Below the pieces are notes generated by a model. It searched no databases and was not told where the DNA came from. It was given only the letters and a program-made list of their open reading frames with translations. This document shows positions 9,566 through 19,800 of a DNA stretch of 64,000 nt, piece after piece; positions within the stretch are counted from its first letter, which is position 1; the number at the start of each line of letters is the position of its first letter. The position numbers were made by a program, and so were the translations under genes. Source of the stretch: a bacterium (GTDB lineage Bacteria; JAAXHH01); assembly GCA_965240335.1 (NCBI GenBank), contig CBDEKM010000011.1:129693-193692 (forward strand). Reading direction: 5' to 3'.

Positions 9566-9593
9566 TGCGAATAAAATGCGAATACTGCGAATA
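9566..9593 (+). promoter_or_regulatory. Three direct TGCGAATA repeats (spacing 11 and 9 nt) in the divergent region upstream of the ECF sigma / efflux cluster
   Basis: gTGCGAATAaaaTGCGAATAcTGCGAATAcc, read directly from the sequence. A TATAAT-like element lies about 25 nt downstream. Confidence 0.3.
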
Positions 9594-9748
9594 CCACTGG
9601 TTATTGAATTCCGTATAATTATAGCACTCGGTCGCGCTCCACGCAAGGGTAAGATTGTCCGCGGTTTACATGGAAAATCCAGGCGTATCGTTGGCGGCGC
9701 CCGCGTCATGCCGGATCCGCCACGAATGATTGAAAGGTGCCGTAGACA

Positions 9749-10327
9749 ATGCCCGATACCCGTCGTACAGGTGATCAACAGGAAGACGTTCCCGCAGACA
9801 GGCAGGAGGTCTTTCGAAGGCTGTTCGATGCCTGGCATACGCGCATCTACCAGACCTGCTACCGGCTGATGGGACACCCGCAGGAAGCGGAGGATATCAC
9901 CCAGGACGTTTTCGTCCGGGCCTTCCAGGCCTACGACCGGTTTCGGGGGGACGCCGACCCGGGAACCTGGCTATATCGGATCGCCGTCAACCAGTGCCTC
10001 AACGTCCGGCGCCGGAAACGCCGTTTGCAGTGGATGGCCCTGGACTTCCTGAACGAGGGCGTAGACGAGACAACGGCGGGTCCGGATCGGAGCAGCGGTG
10101 TCGAGGAGGACCTTCAGCAGGGGGACCGGGAACGCATCGTGAGTAAGGCCATAGATACCTTGCCCGAGCGGCAGCGCACGGCACTGATCCTTTCCCACTT
10201 CGAACGGATGTCCCACAAGGCCATTGCCGAAACCATGGACTGTACGGTCTCCGCGGTGGAGTCCCTTCTGCACCGGGCGAAGTCGAACCTGGGCAAGCGT
10301 CTGCGGCCATACATGGACGATCTGTAA
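9749..10327 (+). CDS. ECF-type RNA polymerase sigma-70 factor
   Basis: 192 aa; sigma70 region 2 (…YRLMGHPQEAEDITQDVFVRAF…) and a region 4 helix-turn-helix (…LPERQRTALILSHFERMSHKAIAETMDCTVSAVESLL…). Confidence 0.85.
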   Translation: MPDTRRTGDQQEDVPADRQEVFRRLFDAWHTRIYQTCYRLMGHPQEAEDITQDVFVRAFQAYDRFRGDADPGTWLYRIAVNQCLNVRRRKRRLQWMALDFLNEGVDETTAGPDRSSGVEEDLQQGDRERIVSKAIDTLPERQRTALILSHFERMSHKAIAETMDCTVSAVESLLHRAKSNLGKRLRPYMDDL

Positions 10328-10539
10328 ATCATTCGCAACAGGGACTTTACGCTGCCATGAGACCGCATGGCGACGGCTGTTGGCGATCGGCCGCAACACG
10401 TTGCATTAAAAATCGAATGGATCGCGCGGAAGGGTTGTCTAAGCCTATAGGAAAGGGATGAAGGCGGGTAGTAACCGCGCAGTCCAGGCGGTCCAGGCAG
10501 TACAATTGTCGCAAATACCCTATCAAGAGGGCGTCTACC

Positions 10540-11034
10540 ATGAATCATCGTTTCCTCCAAGATCGAATCATCCTCTATATCGACGGTGATCTGCCATCGG
10601 AAGAGCAGGCAAGGTGTGAGGAACACCTGCGGACCTGTCCTCGATGCCGGGAGCGGTTAAACGCGTTGCGCGCGACGTGGGATTCAGATACGCTGTTGAG
10701 CGTAACAGGACCTACCCTGCGGCTGCGTACGCGCTTCGAAGCGGACCTTCGGGGCGAAGAGTCAATCGAACCCGTTCCGACGGTCGCGTCGCGGTTGGCC
10801 GGGCTCACCCGTCCGGCACTGATGGCCGCAACCCTGGCCGGGGGCATTCTGATCGGGGCCTATCTCGGCAGTGGCCCCAGCGGAGATGCGGCGCAAGTTG
10901 ACCCGTTGCCGATGGAAACTGGCGTACTTGCATTCTCTTTTACCGAAGACCTGCAGGAAATCTCGGCTGAATCAGTCGGCCAGGATTACCTGCTGCTGGA
11001 CTGGGACGAAGCCGAGGACGATTCGGACAGATGA
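10540..11034 (+). CDS. Putative zinc-finger (zf-HC2) anti-sigma factor with a single transmembrane helix
   Basis: 164 aa with N-terminal HLRTCPRCRERL HxxxCxxC motif and a central hydrophobic helix (LMAATLAGGILIGAYLG). Its stop overlaps the start of the next gene (ATGA). Confidence 0.65.
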   Translation: MNHRFLQDRIILYIDGDLPSEEQARCEEHLRTCPRCRERLNALRATWDSDTLLSVTGPTLRLRTRFEADLRGEESIEPVPTVASRLAGLTRPALMAATLAGGILIGAYLGSGPSGDAAQVDPLPMETGVLAFSFTEDLQEISAESVGQDYLLLDWDEAEDDSDR

Positions 11035-11489
11035 AGAAGAAACTGATCATATGGGGCGTGGCCCTGCTGACGGTCATCAACCTGGCTTCGCTGGCGACCC
11101 GTGCGTATCATCGCTGGGGTGACGACGAACGGCGCGGACGCGAAACCCGTAGTGAGCGGCGCATGTCCATAACCGAGCGGCTCGGACTCACCGAAACGCA
11201 GGCGGAACAAGTGCGGGAACTGCGCGCCGAACTCGGTGAAAGCATGAGGCCCTACCGGGAGGCATACAGCGGCAAGCGAGACCAGCTGTGCGATCTCCTC
11301 ATGGCGCCTGAGGCCGACCGCGGGGAGATCGACCGGATCAAGGCGGAGATGGATTCTCTGCAGGCGGAACGTGAAGCGATCGTATTCGATTATATCGTGG
11401 CGCATAGAGAGGTGTTGACCCCCGATCAGCAGACGAAGTTTTTCACCATGATCAAGGAGCGGTTCAGGAACGGATACCGGCGAAGATAG
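11031..11489 (+). CDS. Periplasmic LTXXQ-motif protein (Spy/CpxP/ZraP family, 'periplasmic heavy metal sensor'-like)
   Basis: 152 aa; N-terminal hydrophobic anchor or signal, and two LTxxQ motifs (LTETQAEQV, LTPDQQTKF). Confidence 0.6.
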   Translation: MKKKLIIWGVALLTVINLASLATRAYHRWGDDERRGRETRSERRMSITERLGLTETQAEQVRELRAELGESMRPYREAYSGKRDQLCDLLMAPEADRGEIDRIKAEMDSLQAEREAIVFDYIVAHREVLTPDQQTKFFTMIKERFRNGYRRR

Positions 11490-11556
11490 CAAGACTGGCC
11501 AAGCCGACCAAGCTGGCCGGCGAATCCATAAGTCCGGAGTACAACGGATCATATCA

Positions 11557-13065
11557 TTGAAGGAGCAGTTCATGTTCAAGCGGTTTGGGATAAGAAAATT
11601 GGCGTACTGGTCGGTAGCGTTAGCGATGGCGGGTATCCTCGCCTGCGGCGGCGAAGAAAAAGCGGAGGACAACGCGGCCGAGAACCAGCGCGGCGGCCGA
11701 CCCGGTATGGGCGCCATGGCCCGGACCGGCGCTTCCATCCCGGTCGAAGTGAAGACCGTGGGCCGGGGCAACATCGCGGCGACGCTGCTTACCTATACGT
11801 CGCTGGAAGCGGAACGGCACGTGGATGTCGTCTCACGTACGCAGGGCCTTGTGGAGGCCATCCTGGTCGAGGAAGGCGACCGCGTCGAGGAAGGACAACC
11901 GCTGGCACAGCTCGACACCGACGCGCTGGAATTGACGCTGCAGGAGCGGGAAGTGAACATGAACAGCCTGGAAGCGAACTACAATCGATCCCAGGAACTG
12001 CTGGAACAGGAACTGCTCAGCAGCCAGGAATTCGAACAGACCAAGTTTCAGTTTGAAGCGGCCCGGACGCAGTACGAGTCGGCGAAGCTTCAACTGGCCT
12101 ACGCCACCGTCCGAAGCCCTTTCACCGGTATTGTCACGGAACGATTGATCGAGGTTGGGAACCTGGTGAACGCGAATGACGTGGTATTCCGGACGGCGGA
12201 CCTCGACCCGCTGCTCGCCCGCATCTACGTGCCGGAAAAGGACATAGCACAGGTTCGTCCGGGACAGACGGTCCGCATTAAAGTCGAAGGATCGGACAGG
12301 ACCCACGCGGGCAGTGTCGCCCGGATCAGTCCCATCGTGGATCCCCAGAGCGGCACGGTCAAGGTCACGGTGGAAATCCGGGATCGGCGAGGTTCGCTGA
12401 GACCGGGCATGTTCACCACGGTCAACCTGGTGATCGCGATCCATGACAACGTGTTGCAGGTAGAGAAGAAGGCCCTGGTGGCAGAAGCGGAGGGATCCTA
12501 CGCGTTCCTGTTCCAGGACGGTTCGGCCGAGAAGCGGCTCCTTGAAATCGGGATCGCCGAGGGGGATTACGTGGAGGTGCTGTCCGGCCTGTCCGACGGC
12601 GATTCCATCATCACCGTGGGCCAGGAGGGACTCCGTAACGGCGCGCCCGTCCGGATCGCCGGACTACCGGCGCCATCCCCCGCCGACGGCATGGCCGGTG
12701 GCATGGGAGGAGGAACCGCGGGCATGGGTGGCCGTCCCGAAGGCATGGGTGGCGGAACCGGCGGCCGACCGGCAGGCACGGGTGATTCGAATGGTGAATC
12801 GGCTGAAGCACCGGCCGCTAGCCCGGCAGGCGCGGGTGAAGGCGCCGGCGGCCAACCCGGCGGCATGCGCGGAAACCGCATGATGGCCATGGACCTGGAC
12901 CAGATGAAGGAACGCATGTTCCAGAACCCGCAGCTCAAGGCAGCTTACGACAAGCAGGTGGAAGAAGATCCCGGATTCGCCAGCGATGAGGAAAAGCAGC
13001 GCGCTTTCATGATGGAGCAGTTCCGTCAGATGAGGGCGCAGCGCGGAGGCGGCCAGCCACAGTAG
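11557..13065 (+). CDS. Efflux RND transporter periplasmic adaptor subunit (membrane fusion protein, HlyD family) with a Gly/Met-rich C-terminal extension
   Basis: 502 aa with lipoprotein-like N-terminus (…ILACGG), coiled-coil hairpin and beta-barrel MFP core. The last roughly 135 aa are low-complexity (GMAGGMGGGTAGMGGRPEGMGGG…MRGNRMMAMD…). Confidence 0.85.
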   Translation: MKEQFMFKRFGIRKLAYWSVALAMAGILACGGEEKAEDNAAENQRGGRPGMGAMARTGASIPVEVKTVGRGNIAATLLTYTSLEAERHVDVVSRTQGLVEAILVEEGDRVEEGQPLAQLDTDALELTLQEREVNMNSLEANYNRSQELLEQELLSSQEFEQTKFQFEAARTQYESAKLQLAYATVRSPFTGIVTERLIEVGNLVNANDVVFRTADLDPLLARIYVPEKDIAQVRPGQTVRIKVEGSDRTHAGSVARISPIVDPQSGTVKVTVEIRDRRGSLRPGMFTTVNLVIAIHDNVLQVEKKALVAEAEGSYAFLFQDGSAEKRLLEIGIAEGDYVEVLSGLSDGDSIITVGQEGLRNGAPVRIAGLPAPSPADGMAGGMGGGTAGMGGRPEGMGGGTGGRPAGTGDSNGESAEAPAASPAGAGEGAGGQPGGMRGNRMMAMDLDQMKERMFQNPQLKAAYDKQVEEDPGFASDEEKQRAFMMEQFRQMRAQRGGGQPQ

Positions 13066-13208
13066 TACGGCGGCCGTTCGCGGAAGTTGAATGTAGACAT
13101 ATGAACTATGCGGACGTAAGATGATTTCGGACTTAGCCGTAACAGCGCGAATCACCGTGCTCGCAGACGCGGGTGAGGAATCTGCAAGCACGACCACGGA
13201 GGTGGGTG

Positions 13209-13487
13209 ATGCGTTGGTTAATGTTGCTGCTCATTGTGTCGATCACGTTCCCGGTCACGGCCCAGGAAGGGCCGGAGTTCGAAGAACTTATCCAGAGATC
13301 CCTGACCCTAGAAAGTCCCGATCCCGGCGAGCGTGAAGAGGTCGAGAAACGGTTCCGGGATGTCTGGCCGAAACTGCTCACCCTGTGCGTATGCGGACCT
13401 GTACCTCGCCGCGCGTCGAGATTCGCCGACCATGGAGGAAGCGAGCAAGGCACTGGTCGATATGATTCACAACATGATCGGCGATGA
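13209..13487 (+). CDS. Small secreted hypothetical protein; probable frameshift near 13385
   Basis: Signal peptide MRWLMLLLIVSITFPVTAQ preceded by a GGAGGT Shine-Dalgarno. The +1 frame from about 13385 reads a more protein-like C-terminus (…AYADLYLAARRDSPTMEEASKALVDMIHNMIGDEH) ending at 13494. Confidence 0.3.
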   Translation: MRWLMLLLIVSITFPVTAQEGPEFEELIQRSLTLESPDPGEREEVEKRFRDVWPKLLTLCVCGPVPRRASRFADHGGSEQGTGRYDSQHDRR

Positions 13488-13522
13488 ACACTGATTCAAC
13501 AGGATAACTCGGTAACTTATAC

Positions 13523-16500
13523 ATGAAAATCATCGGTTTTTCCATCGGCAGGCCCGTCACCATCATCATGCTGATGACGGCGATGTTGCTTTTCGGCTCC
13601 ATCGCCTTCTCACGGCTGCCCATCAATCTCCTGCCGGACATCACGTATCCTACGCTGACGGTGCGCACCGAGTACGTCGGGGCCGCGCCGAACGAGATCG
13701 AGAACCTCATCTCCGAGCCCATCGAAGAGGCCGTGGGCGTGGTTACCGGCGTGGTGCGCGTCAGTTCCATATCACGCCCGGAACGGTCCGACGTCATCCT
13801 GGAGTTCGAGTGGGGCACCAACATGGATTTCGCCAGCCTGAACGTTCGGGAGAAGATCGACCTGCTCAATCTGCCCCAGGCGGCCGAGAAACCCATCCTG
13901 CTCCGGTTTGACCCGAGTCTCGACCCCATCCTGCGCATCGCACTTTCCGGTAATGAAAGCCTCACCGCCCTCCGTATCATGGCGGAAGAGGAGATCAAGC
14001 GCGAACTGGAGAGTCTGGAGGGCGTCGCCGCCGTCAAGATCAGCGGAGGACTGGAGGAGGAGATCCACGTGGAGCTGGACGAGTCCAAGCTGGCCAGTCT
14101 GGGCATCCCCATAACCCAGGTGGCGAGCCGGCTCGAACAGGAGAACGTCAACCTGGCGGGCGGCACGATCAAGGATGGAGAGACCGAGTACCTGGTGCGT
14201 ATTCTGAACGAGTTCCAGGACGTGGACGAGATCGGCGAGATCATCGTCGGACAGATCAACACCGTGCCCATACTGCTCTCCGATGTCGCCGGGGTCGCGA
14301 AGAGCCACAAGGAACGCAAGCTGTCGGCGCGGATCAACGGCCGGGAAAGCATCGAGATCGCCATCTACAAGGAAGCCGGCACCAATACCATCCAGGTCGG
14401 GCGCGTGGTCAAGGAACGGCTGGATTCCGTGAAGGAGACCGTGGCGGGACTCACCCCGGGCGTGAACCTGGAGGTGGTCTTCGACCAGTCGATCTTCATC
14501 CAGCAGTCGGTGGACGAGGTGCTGAAGACGGCCATGATCGGCGGCATACTCGCCATCCTGGTCCTGTACCTGTTCCTGCGGAGTTCGAGCAGCCTCATCA
14601 TCGGCGTGTCGATCCCCATCTCGGTGGTCACCACTTTCTTCTTCCTGTACGCCTTCGACGTTTCGCTGAACATCATGTCCCTCGGCGGACTGGCGCTGGG
14701 CGTTGGCATGCTGGTGGACAACTCCATCGTCGTGCTGGAGGGCATAGACCGTCATCGAAGGCGTGGAGGAGACCGCCCCTTGACCGAACTCGTGCGCCTG
14801 GGCGCGTCCGAGGTGGGCCAGGCGGTCGTGGCTGCCACGCTGACCACGGTGTGCGTCTTCGTTCCCATCGTTTTCGTGGAGGGTATTGCCGGGCAGTTGT
14901 TCCGCGACCTTGCGCTGGCTGTCACCTTCTCGCTCATCGTGGCCACCCTGGTGGCCGTCACGCTGATCCCGGTCATCTCGTCCGTCCTGCACCGAACCCG
15001 CGAAGAATTCGCCGACGAAAAGGAAATCACCAGGCCGGCGCCGGACCTGTCCACGACGTATGGAAAGATCATGACCGCAGCCCGGACGATCTGGCGAGGC
15101 ATCGGCATCGGACTCGGATTCATCGTAACCGGCGTGTTCTTCATCGTGCGCTGGGCGCTCTGGACGGTATGGACGGCGCTGCGCGTCGTGCTCTGGATCC
15201 CGGGCTGGCTGTTCGACCGGATCTTTCCGGTCATACAACGGACCTACCCTCCCTTCCTGCGCTGGGCGCTGGGCCATCGCGCCCTGACGCTGGTGACCGG
15301 GACCGTCGTGCTCGCCGGTTCCCTCTATGTCATACCCACGATCGGGGTCGAATTGATTCCACAGATGAGCCAGGGCGAGTTCTTCGTCAATGTGAGGTTG
15401 CCGGTGGGCACGCCGCTTCCCGTGACCGAGGACGTGCTGAACCGCATGTCGGACATCGCCCGGGACTACCCTGAAGTAAATACAGTGTACGTACTGGCCG
15501 GTACCATGGGACAATCCGGCGGCAATGCCGGCGAGGAGCGGGAAAACATCGGCCAGTTGCACATCCGATTGTTACCCGGACTCCGCGGCGAGGTAGAGGA
15601 AACCGTCATGAATCGCCTGCGGGTAAGCTTCGAGCCCATACCCGGCATCGAGGTGCCCGAGTTCGCCCGTCCGGCGCTCTTCAGCTTTAAGAACCCAGTG
15701 GAAGTGGAGGTCAGCGGATACAACCTGACCCGATTGACGGAGGTCTCCGAGGAACTCGCGATGGAGATGTCCACCGTACCCGGGTTGACCGACGTAAAGG
15801 CCAGCATGGAAGGCGGGAATCCCGAGGTCCAGGTCCTTTTCGACCGCCGGAAGCTCGCCAACCTGGGACTCAACCTGGGCACGGTCACGCAGATCGTGCA
15901 GAACAAGGTGCAGGGCAACGTGGCCACGGAACTCACCCGGCGGGACCGGAAGATCGATATCCGTGTGTGGGCCGAGGACGAAACCCGGCTCAGCCTGGAC
16001 GCCATACGGCGGCTGGTGGTGAACCCCGAAGGCACCGTACCCGTACCGCTGGCGGCCGTGGCGGAAGTCCGCGTGGCCCAGGGGCCGAGCGAGATACGGA
16101 GAGTCAACCAGCAGCGGGTGGCCATCGTGTCCGCGGGGCTGACGGGCCGGTCGCTGGGTGACGTGGCCGAAGAAATCCAGGGGATCATTGACGGCTTTCT
16201 CCTTCCCATCGATTTCATCGTGGGCATCAAGGGGCAGAACGAGGAAATGCAGGTGGCCTTCGCCAGCCTGCAGTTCGCCATTCTGCTCTCGGTGTTTCTC
16301 GTATACCTGGTCATGGCGTCCCAGTTCGAATCGCTGATGCATCCGTTCGTGATCATGTTCACCTTTCCCTTTTCCATCATCGGCGTGGTCCTGACGCTCG
16401 TACTCACGGGCCAGACGATCAGTGTGGTCGTCCTGATCGGGGTGATCATGCTGACCGGCATCGTGGTGAACAACGCCATCGTGCTGGTCGACTACATCAA

Positions 16501-16816
16501 CCAGTTGCGCCGTCAGGGCAAGGAACTGCAGGAGGCCATCGTCGAGGCGGCGCAGACACGTCTCTGGCCGATCATGATGACGACGGCGACCACGGTGCTC
16601 GGGCTATTGCCCATGGCTATCGGCGTGGGCGAAGGCGCCGAGTTGCGGGCGCCCATGGCCATAACCGTGATCGGCGGCCTGATCGCCGGCACGATGGTGA
16701 CGCTGGTTCTCGTGCCGCTCATCTACATGACACTTGAGTTGGCCGTGGCAAAAATATACAATCTCTTCACCCGAACTGCCGGACAACCGGTATCCCAGGA
16801 GGTGGCAGAAGCATGA
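13523..16816 (+). CDS. Efflux RND transporter permease subunit (AcrB/CzcA/MdtB-like), first of a tandem pair
   Basis: 1097 aa with 12-TM RND architecture and two large periplasmic loops. It carries an insertion of about 100 aa with an extra hydrophobic segment around residues 490-600. Confidence 0.85.
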   Translation: MKIIGFSIGRPVTIIMLMTAMLLFGSIAFSRLPINLLPDITYPTLTVRTEYVGAAPNEIENLISEPIEEAVGVVTGVVRVSSISRPERSDVILEFEWGTNMDFASLNVREKIDLLNLPQAAEKPILLRFDPSLDPILRIALSGNESLTALRIMAEEEIKRELESLEGVAAVKISGGLEEEIHVELDESKLASLGIPITQVASRLEQENVNLAGGTIKDGETEYLVRILNEFQDVDEIGEIIVGQINTVPILLSDVAGVAKSHKERKLSARINGRESIEIAIYKEAGTNTIQVGRVVKERLDSVKETVAGLTPGVNLEVVFDQSIFIQQSVDEVLKTAMIGGILAILVLYLFLRSSSSLIIGVSIPISVVTTFFFLYAFDVSLNIMSLGGLALGVGMLVDNSIVVLEGIDRHRRRGGDRPLTELVRLGASEVGQAVVAATLTTVCVFVPIVFVEGIAGQLFRDLALAVTFSLIVATLVAVTLIPVISSVLHRTREEFADEKEITRPAPDLSTTYGKIMTAARTIWRGIGIGLGFIVTGVFFIVRWALWTVWTALRVVLWIPGWLFDRIFPVIQRTYPPFLRWALGHRALTLVTGTVVLAGSLYVIPTIGVELIPQMSQGEFFVNVRLPVGTPLPVTEDVLNRMSDIARDYPEVNTVYVLAGTMGQSGGNAGEERENIGQLHIRLLPGLRGEVEETVMNRLRVSFEPIPGIEVPEFARPALFSFKNPVEVEVSGYNLTRLTEVSEELAMEMSTVPGLTDVKASMEGGNPEVQVLFDRRKLANLGLNLGTVTQIVQNKVQGNVATELTRRDRKIDIRVWAEDETRLSLDAIRRLVVNPEGTVPVPLAAVAEVRVAQGPSEIRRVNQQRVAIVSAGLTGRSLGDVAEEIQGIIDGFLLPIDFIVGIKGQNEEMQVAFASLQFAILLSVFLVYLVMASQFESLMHPFVIMFTFPFSIIGVVLTLVLTGQTISVVVLIGVIMLTGIVVNNAIVLVDYINQLRRQGKELQEAIVEAAQTRLWPIMMTTATTVLGLLPMAIGVGEGAELRAPMAITVIGGLIAGTMVTLVLVPLIYMTLELAVAKIYNLFTRTAGQPVSQEVAEA

Positions 16817-19800
16817 GCATAGCCGAATTTTCAGTAAACCGACCGGTTACGACGATCATGATCATCGTCAGCGTCGTGACCCTTGGTGTGATCTCCTACA
16901 CCAAGCTGCCGCTGATGTTTCTGCCGGACATGTCTTTTCCGTCCCTGAACGTCAGCGTCCCGTACCCTTCCTCGTCGCCCGAGGAAGTGCAACGGTTGAT
17001 CTCGCGGCCGCTGGAGGACGCCTTCGGCACGCTGAGCAACATGAAGAGCATGGAATCCACGTCCAACGATGACAACGCGCGGATCCGTATCGAGTTCGAG
17101 ACCGGGACGGACATGAACCTGGCGGCCATGGAGGTCCGGGACCGGATCGACCAGGTCCGGGGTGATTTGCCCGACGACGTCGAGCGTATCCGCATTCGGC
17201 GCTGGAATCCGAACGACATGCCCATCTATAATTTCAGCGTGGCCTGGGGCGGGGATCCCGCGGAGTTCTACAACATTGTCACCAAGGTGATCCAGCCGCG
17301 GATCCAGCGGGTGGACGGCGTGGCGAACGTGGAAATCAGCGGCATGATCGAGAAGCAACTGCTGGTCCACGTGGACAACGAGAAGCTGCAGTCCCACAAC
17401 CTGGACATGTTCAGCCTGAGCCAGACGCTGGTGCAGAACAACATCACCATGACGGCCGGGACGGTCACCGAGGGCGGGCGGAAGTACGCGGTGCGTTCCG
17501 TGAACGAGTACCGGGCCGCGGACGAGGTGGCGAACCTGCCGATACCGGGCACGACCCTCTCGCTTCGCGACGTGGCGCAGGTGAAGTTCGACTACCCGGA
17601 AGACGACAGTTTCCAGCGGTTGAACGGGGTCGACGCGGTCACGATCAGGGTGTACAAGACCTCCACGGCCAACATCGTGGACGTGGCGCAGCGTACCGCG
17701 TCCGTGCTGGATGAGCTCAAGGCGCAGCCTCAGTTCGTTGATCTGGAGACGCGGGTGTTCTTCGACCAGTCCCAGAGCATTACGGACCGCCTGTCCGATC
17801 TGCGGAACACGGGCTTGCTGGGCGGTCTCCTGGCGGTGATCGTGCTGTACCTCTTCCTGCGGAACATCAGAAGCACCGTGATCATCAGCCTGGCCATCCC
17901 CATTTCGATCATCTGTACCTTCACCTTCATGTACCTGTTGCGAGAGGGCGCGGGGTCCACCGTGTCCATCAACCTGATCTCGCTCATGGGACTGATGCTT
18001 GCGGTCGGCATGCTCGTGGACAGCGCTGTCGTTGTGCTGGAGAGTATCTACCGGCATCGGCAGGAATCCAACCTGCCTGCCCGGATCGCGGCCGTCGTGG
18101 GCACCCGGGAGGTGACCATGGCCATTATCGCGGCCACGGCCACGACCCTGTGCGTCTTCCTGCCCCTCGTTTTCCTGGGCGGAGGCAGCCGGGTCATGCT
18201 CTTCATGAAGGACTTCGTCGTCACCTTCTGCATCGTCATGGTCGCGGCGGTGTTCATCGCGCTGACGCTCATACCGCTGGTCTCGTCGCGTCTCTTCAAC
18301 CGGCCGCTGGGCAAGCCCTCTTCATTCTTCGCGCGGCTGTCCAACCTGTACTCCGCAATACTGGCCTGGAACCTTCGCCACCGGTTCGTCACGGTCGCCG
18401 CCTTCGCCGCGATCCTGTACGGCAGTTACTGGCTGTACCAGAATATCGAGACGGAGTTCCAGCCCATGGCGCCGACGCGGGACATCACGATCGCCGCCGA
18501 CCTGCCGGGCAGCTATAGTATCGAGAACGTCAAGGAGGTCTTCGGAGACGTGGAAACGCTGTTGTTGGACAACAAGGAGGATTTTCAAATCGAATCCATC
18601 TCGTCTTACGGCAGCCTGCGACGGGCCAATTTCCGTATCGTGCTGACCCCGCCCGAGGAACGGCAGGAGTCGGCCACGCAGCTACAGGGCCGGATCACCA
18701 AGGCGTTGCCCGAGATCGCCGGCGTGCGCTGGAGACCCGGTCGGATGCGGCGTCACGGCGGCGGGCAGACGGGCGTAAACGTCGAACTGCGCGGCGACAA
18801 CATGGCGGTGCTTTCCAACATTGCCGAGGACATCCGGACCCGGATGGAGGTCATTCCAGGTCTCAAGGACGTGGATACCAGCCTGGAACGGGGCGACGAG
18901 GAGATCCAGGTGCAGGTCGACCGGGCCATGGCCCAGACCTACGGGATCTCGCCCAGGCAGGCGGCGCGGACCGTACAGGCGGCGCTCAGCAGCCGCGCCC
19001 GGGGCAAGTTCAAGACCGAGGACCGCGAAGTCGACATCCTGCTGCACCTCGAGGCCGAAGACAGGGCCAACATGCAGCAGTTGCAGAACATGACCTTCGA
19101 AAGAGCCGAGGGCGGCATGATCCCCGTGGGCAACCTGGCCGATTTCTCGCGCCAGAAGGGACCCGACGCCATCCGGCGCCAGGATAGGGAATCGCAGGTG
19201 GAAGTCGGTGGCAATACCACGGGACCGGCTTCGCGGAAGATAAACGCGCAGGTGACGGAGATGATGGGAAACTTGGAACTGCCGCCGGGCTACTCGTGGA
19301 GCATGGGCCGGAACTTCTCCATGATGCGGGAATCCCAGAGCGAATTCCTCTTCGCCATCCTCCTTTCCGTCGTTCTCATCTACCTGATCATGGCGGCGAT
19401 CTCGGAATCCTTCATCCAGCCCTTCACCATCCTGCTGTCGGTGCTCTGCGGCCTGGTAGGCGCTTTCATCGTCTTCTATCTGTCCGGCACGACGCTCAAC
19501 ACGAATTCGTACCTGGGCATCATCGTCCTGTCGGGACTGGCGGTGAATAATGCCATCGTGCTCATCGACCACGTGAACCGATTGCGCAAGGAGGGGAAGA
19601 CGCGTACCGAGGCCCTGCTCCTGGGCGGCCGGCACCGGCTGCGGCCAATACTGATGACGTCGCTGACGACCATCTTCGGCCTGATGCCCATGGTGGCCCC
19701 GATCCTCTTCCCGGAGATCTTCGGTCCCGTGGAAGACCGCGGCGCCAACCAGTGGGGTCCGGTCAGCCTGGCCCTCGTGGGCGGCCTGACCACCTCCGGC

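Noticed and set aside
12542-12938. ORFs on both strands within the adaptor Gly/Met-rich tail
   Set aside because: Produced by the GC-rich repetitive DNA that encodes the low-complexity tail; not independent genes.
13772-15562. 596-aa minus-strand ORF inside RND permease 1 and several similar antisense ORFs inside the second RND gene
   Set aside because: Antisense to unambiguous 12-TM RND genes, with His/Asp/Arg-rich low-complexity translations typical of GC-rich shadow frames.
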